From contig JAQXLM010000147.1 of the NCBI GenBank assembly GCA_029012125.1, forward strand, positions 2,014-66,013: a DNA stretch of 64,000 bases, given 5' to 3'. This DNA comes from Eubacteriaceae bacterium (GTDB taxonomy: Bacteria > Bacillota > Clostridia > Peptostreptococcales > Anaerovoracaceae). Below the pieces are notes generated by a model. It was not told the DNA's origin and searched no databases. It worked only from the letters and a program-made list of their open reading frames with translations. Made by a program: the position numbers and the translations under genes. Shown here piece after piece: positions 60,843 through 64,000 of the stretch (the first letter of the stretch is position 1; every line of letters begins with the position of its first letter).

Positions 60843-62504
60843 CTAGTCAATAATCATATTCTCAACAGATTTGCCTGCCGGAATCATTGGAAGAACTCTT
60901 TCTTCTCTTGAAATTCTGCAATCAATCCATACAGGACCATCCTCAAGTAAAGCCTTATCCATAGCTTCTGCAAGCTCTTCCGGAGTTTCTGCTCTGAATC
61001 CTTTTCCACCAAAGGCTTCAATCAGTTTAACAAAGTCAGTTTTACGTTCCGGAGTAGTGTTAGAATATCTCTTATCGTAGAAAATAGTCTGCCACTGATA
61101 AACCATACCAAGAACCTGGTTGTTCATAATAACTGTGATAATTGGAAGACCTCTGCTGACAGCTGTACAAGCTTCATTCAGATTCATGTGGAATGAACCG
61201 TCTCCCGTAAAGTGAATTACTCTGTTATCAGGACATCCCATCTGTGCTCCTATTGCAGCACCGTATCCGAATCCCATGGTTCCAAGGCCACCGCTTGTAA
61301 GGAATTTCTTAACACTGTTATGCTTTACGTACTGTGCTGCCCACATCTGATGCTGACCTACGTCAGTAACATATATTGCGTCATCCTCTACCTTATCACA
61401 AACTATCTCAACGATTTCTGAAGGGTGAAGCTTGCAGCCTTCTGATTTAACAACCCTTTCCCTTTCCTTCCACTGAGTGATGGTTTCTTCCCATTCAGGA
61501 TGCTTTACTTCGTTGATCTTCGGTAACAGTCTTGTAAGGAAATCCTTAACGTCGCCTACGCAGCTTGCATCGACAACTACGTTCTTATTGATTTCACTTT
61601 TGTCAATGTCTACCATTGCAATATGTGCTTTCTTTGCAAAGCTCTTTGTGTTCAGAGCAACTCTGTCACTGAATCTTGCACCAAGTGCGATTACAAAATC
61701 TGCCTGGCTGATAGCCTTATTAGCGGAAATTGTTCCGTGCATACCCAGCATACCCAGGTTGTTTGGATGATCATATCCGACAACACCGGCAGCCATAAGC
61801 GTATAAGTTACAGGAATATCTGCTTTTTCAATAAGCTGTCTCAGTTCTTCTTCAGCTCCTGAAGCCACAACTCCGCCACCGATGTATGCTACAGGTTTCT
61901 TAGCCTTGTTAAGCATTTCTGCAATTGCGTCTACATCCTTTTCATCAATTACAGGTAAAGGTCTCAGTGGTAAAGGTTCCTTCTTTTCATATTCAGTTAC
62001 ATCTGCAGTTACATCCTTTGTAATGTCAACCAGAACCGGACCTTTTCTTCCACTTCCCGCAATCTGGAATGCAGCTCTGAGGGTGTCTGCCAGTTCATCA
62101 ATATCGTTAACAAAGAAGTTGTGCTTAGTAATTGGCATTGTCACGCCTGTAATGCTGATTTCCTGGAACGCATCTCTTCCGATAAGTGAATCCGGTACGT
62201 TTGCTGTAATAGCTACGATAGGAATACTATCCATATATGCTGTTGCAATTCCGGTTACAAGGTTAGTTGCTCCCGGTCCGCTTGTAGACATTACAACGCC
62301 TGTCTTGCCGGTTGCTCTGGCATAGCCATCTGCAGCATGTGATGCACCCTGCTCGTGAGCTGTAAGAACGTGGGTGATTCTGTCACTGTACTTATACAGT
62401 TCATCATAAATATTCAGTGCAGTACCACCAGGATATCCGAATACAGTATCAACTCCATGCTCTAGTAGTACTTCTGCCACAATCTGTGATCCCGTCAATT
62501 TCAT
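60843..62504 (-). CDS. ilvB: Acetolactate synthase large subunit
   Basis: FGYPGG, HEQGASHAADGYAR, TSGPGATN, DVGQHQMW and TPP motif GDGS...NN. Confidence 0.97.
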   Translation of the reverse strand: MKLTGSQIVAEVLLEHGVDTVFGYPGGTALNIYDELYKYSDRITHVLTAHEQGASHAADGYARATGKTGVVMSTSGPGATNLVTGIATAYMDSIPIVAITANVPDSLIGRDAFQEISITGVTMPITKHNFFVNDIDELADTLRAAFQIAGSGRKGPVLVDITKDVTADVTEYEKKEPLPLRPLPVIDEKDVDAIAEMLNKAKKPVAYIGGGVVASGAEEELRQLIEKADIPVTYTLMAAGVVGYDHPNNLGMLGMHGTISANKAISQADFVIALGARFSDRVALNTKSFAKKAHIAMVDIDKSEINKNVVVDASCVGDVKDFLTRLLPKINEVKHPEWEETITQWKERERVVKSEGCKLHPSEIVEIVCDKVEDDAIYVTDVGQHQMWAAQYVKHNSVKKFLTSGGLGTMGFGYGAAIGAQMGCPDNRVIHFTGDGSFHMNLNEACTAVSRGLPIITVIMNNQVLGMVYQWQTIFYDKRYSNTTPERKTDFVKLIEAFGGKGFRAETPEELAEAMDKALLEDGPVWIDCRISREERVLPMIPAGKSVENMIID

Positions 62505-62579
62505 CTCTAAACATTCTCCTCATAATTTTTCCTTTATCTTTTGCGCAGACAGAACAGTGCTATACTCTACGCAATACTA

Positions 62580-62608
62580 ATAATATATGTTTTGAGGAAA
62601 AATGTCAA
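62580..62608 (-). promoter_or_regulatory. sigma-A promoter of ilvBNCDA
   Basis: TTGACA-N17-TATTAT on the minus strand. Confidence 0.7.
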
Positions 62609-62673
62609 CATAAATTTGTTATGTCATACAAAACTTTTTTGAATTTTTTTGTTGTCAAAAAACAATTTATTCC

Positions 62674-62714
62674 TTGACATTGCCGTTGCTTTCAATTATA
62701 TTATATGTATACAA
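62674..62714 (+). promoter_or_regulatory. sigma-A promoter of leuA with TGTATACA palindrome at the start site
   Basis: TTGACA-N17-TATATT, then TGTATACA at 62706-62713. Confidence 0.6.
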
Positions 62715-62741
62715 AATATAAAAATAGGCGAGGTATGAAAA

Positions 62742-64000
62742 ATGAAAAATTACAACAAGTACAAGGTGGGATACTTTAATCCTCCAATGAAAGCTAACGA
62801 ATACGAATGGACTCATAAAGACCATATTGAAAAAGCACCTATATGGTGCAGTGTGGATTTGCGTGACGGTAACCAGGCACTTATTGTTCCAATGAGTTTA
62901 AATGAAAAAGTCGAGTTCTTTCAGTACCTCGTTAAGCTCGGTTTCAAGGAAATCGAAGTTGGCTTCCCTGCCGCTTCAGAAACAGAATATGAATTTCTTA
63001 GAAAACTAATAGAAGATGATTTAATTCCTGATGATGTAACAGTTCAGGTTTTAACTCAGTCCAGAGAGCATATCATTGAAAAGACTTTTGACGCTCTAAA
63101 AGGAGCTAAGAATGCAATCGTTCATCTGTATAATTCAACTTCTTTTGCTCAGAGACAGCAGGTTTTCAGAGCTTCTGAGGAGGAAATCATTCAGATTGCA
63201 GTCGACGGTGCAAAGCTTCTGATGGAATACGCAGCTAAGTATCCTGAAACAAACTTCAGATTCCAGTACTCCCCTGAAAGCTTTACCGGAACAGAAATGG
63301 AATTTGCAAGAGATATCTGTAACGCCGTAATTGACATATGGCAGCCAACTCCGGAAAAGAAGGTTATTATCAATCTTCCGGCTACAGTAGAAATGTCAAT
63401 GCCACATGTTTTTGCCAATCAGATCGAGTTTATGAGCAAAAACCTTCATAACAGAGAAAACATAATCCTTTCTCTACACCCTCACAATGACAGAGGAACA
63501 GGTGTTGCCGACGCAGAGCTTGGTATTCTTGCAGGTGGAGACAGAGTTGAGGGAACTTTGTTCGGAAACGGTGAAAGAACAGGTAATGTTGACATCGTTA
63601 CTCTTGCAATGAACCTTTATACTCACGGTGTTGACCCTGAGCTTGATTTCTCAGATATGCCGGATGTAGTTGCACATTTCGAGGAATATACCAACATGGT
63701 CGTTTCCCCAAGACAGCCTTATGGAGGTGCTCTTGTTTTCGCTGCATTCTCAGGTTCTCATCAGGATGCAATGTCCAAGGGAATGAAATGGCGTCAGGAA
63801 ACAGATCCAAACAGATGGACCGTTCCTTATCTGCCTCTTGATCCTCACGATGTAGGCAGAGAGTATGACGGTGACGTTATCAGAATCAACAGCCAGTCAG
63901 GAAAAGGCGGTGTGGCATACATTCTTGAAACAAATTACGGTTACACAATTCCTAAGGCTATGATGGCAGAAGTCGGATACATGATGAAGGACATTTCCGA
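62742..64000 (+). CDS. leuA: 2-isopropylmalate synthase (yeast/Mycobacterium type), 3' end runs off the window
   Basis: Not in ORF track. My translation includes [51 protein letters not shown] and [11 protein letters not shown]. Confidence 0.95.
   Translation, partial: MKNYNKYKVGYFNPPMKANEYEWTHKDHIEKAPIWCSVDLRDGNQALIVPMSLNEKVEFFQYLVKLGFKEIEVGFPAASETEYEFLRKLIEDDLIPDDVTVQVLTQSREHIIEKTFDALKGAKNAIVHLYNSTSFAQRQQVFRASEEEIIQIAVDGAKLLMEYAAKYPETNFRFQYSPESFTGTEMEFARDICNAVIDIWQPTPEKKVIINLPATVEMSMPHVFANQIEFMSKNLHNRENIILSLHPHNDRGTGVADAELGILAGGDRVEGTLFGNGERTGNVDIVTLAMNLYTHGVDPELDFSDMPDVVAHFEEYTNMVVSPRQPYGGALVFAAFSGSHQDAMSKGMKWRQETDPNRWTVPYLPLDPHDVGREYDGDVIRINSQSGKGGVAYILETNYGYTIPKAMMAEVGYMMKDIS

Overview
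A dense, mostly housekeeping chromosomal window from a low-GC anaerobic, probably spore-forming Firmicute (Clostridia-like; a Peptostreptococcales/Anaerovoracaceae-type organism is a guess). Most genes are on the minus strand. It contains: a partial Na/Pi cotransporter, thiN, crt, hppA, a reduced rpoN-gap-pgk-tpiA-secG block, hom, a dlt operon, a glycine-riboswitch-controlled Ala/Gly symporter, clpB with a perfect CIRCE, spoIVA, a plsX-rnc-smc-ftsY-der-plsY-gpsA-miaB block, glyA, T-box-controlled valS-folC, and ilvE, ilvBNCDA and a partial leuA. I found no rRNA, tRNA, CRISPR array, IS or prophage. Main observations not in the ORF track: (1) an unannotated 34-aa DltX ending in FTYAEF, placed downstream of dltD; (2) three single-base lesions in otherwise intact genes (dltA start reads AGG; in-frame TAG in rnc; in-frame TAA in ilvD); (3) a GAPDH with an altered coenzyme-binding site in an operon lacking cggR, gpmI and eno; (4) a stand-alone E2-like acyltransferase with a DER motif instead of DHR, behind clustered Spo0A-like boxes; (5) several recognisable operators and sporulation-sigma promoters. 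I cannot support a claim of a wholly new multi-gene system here.
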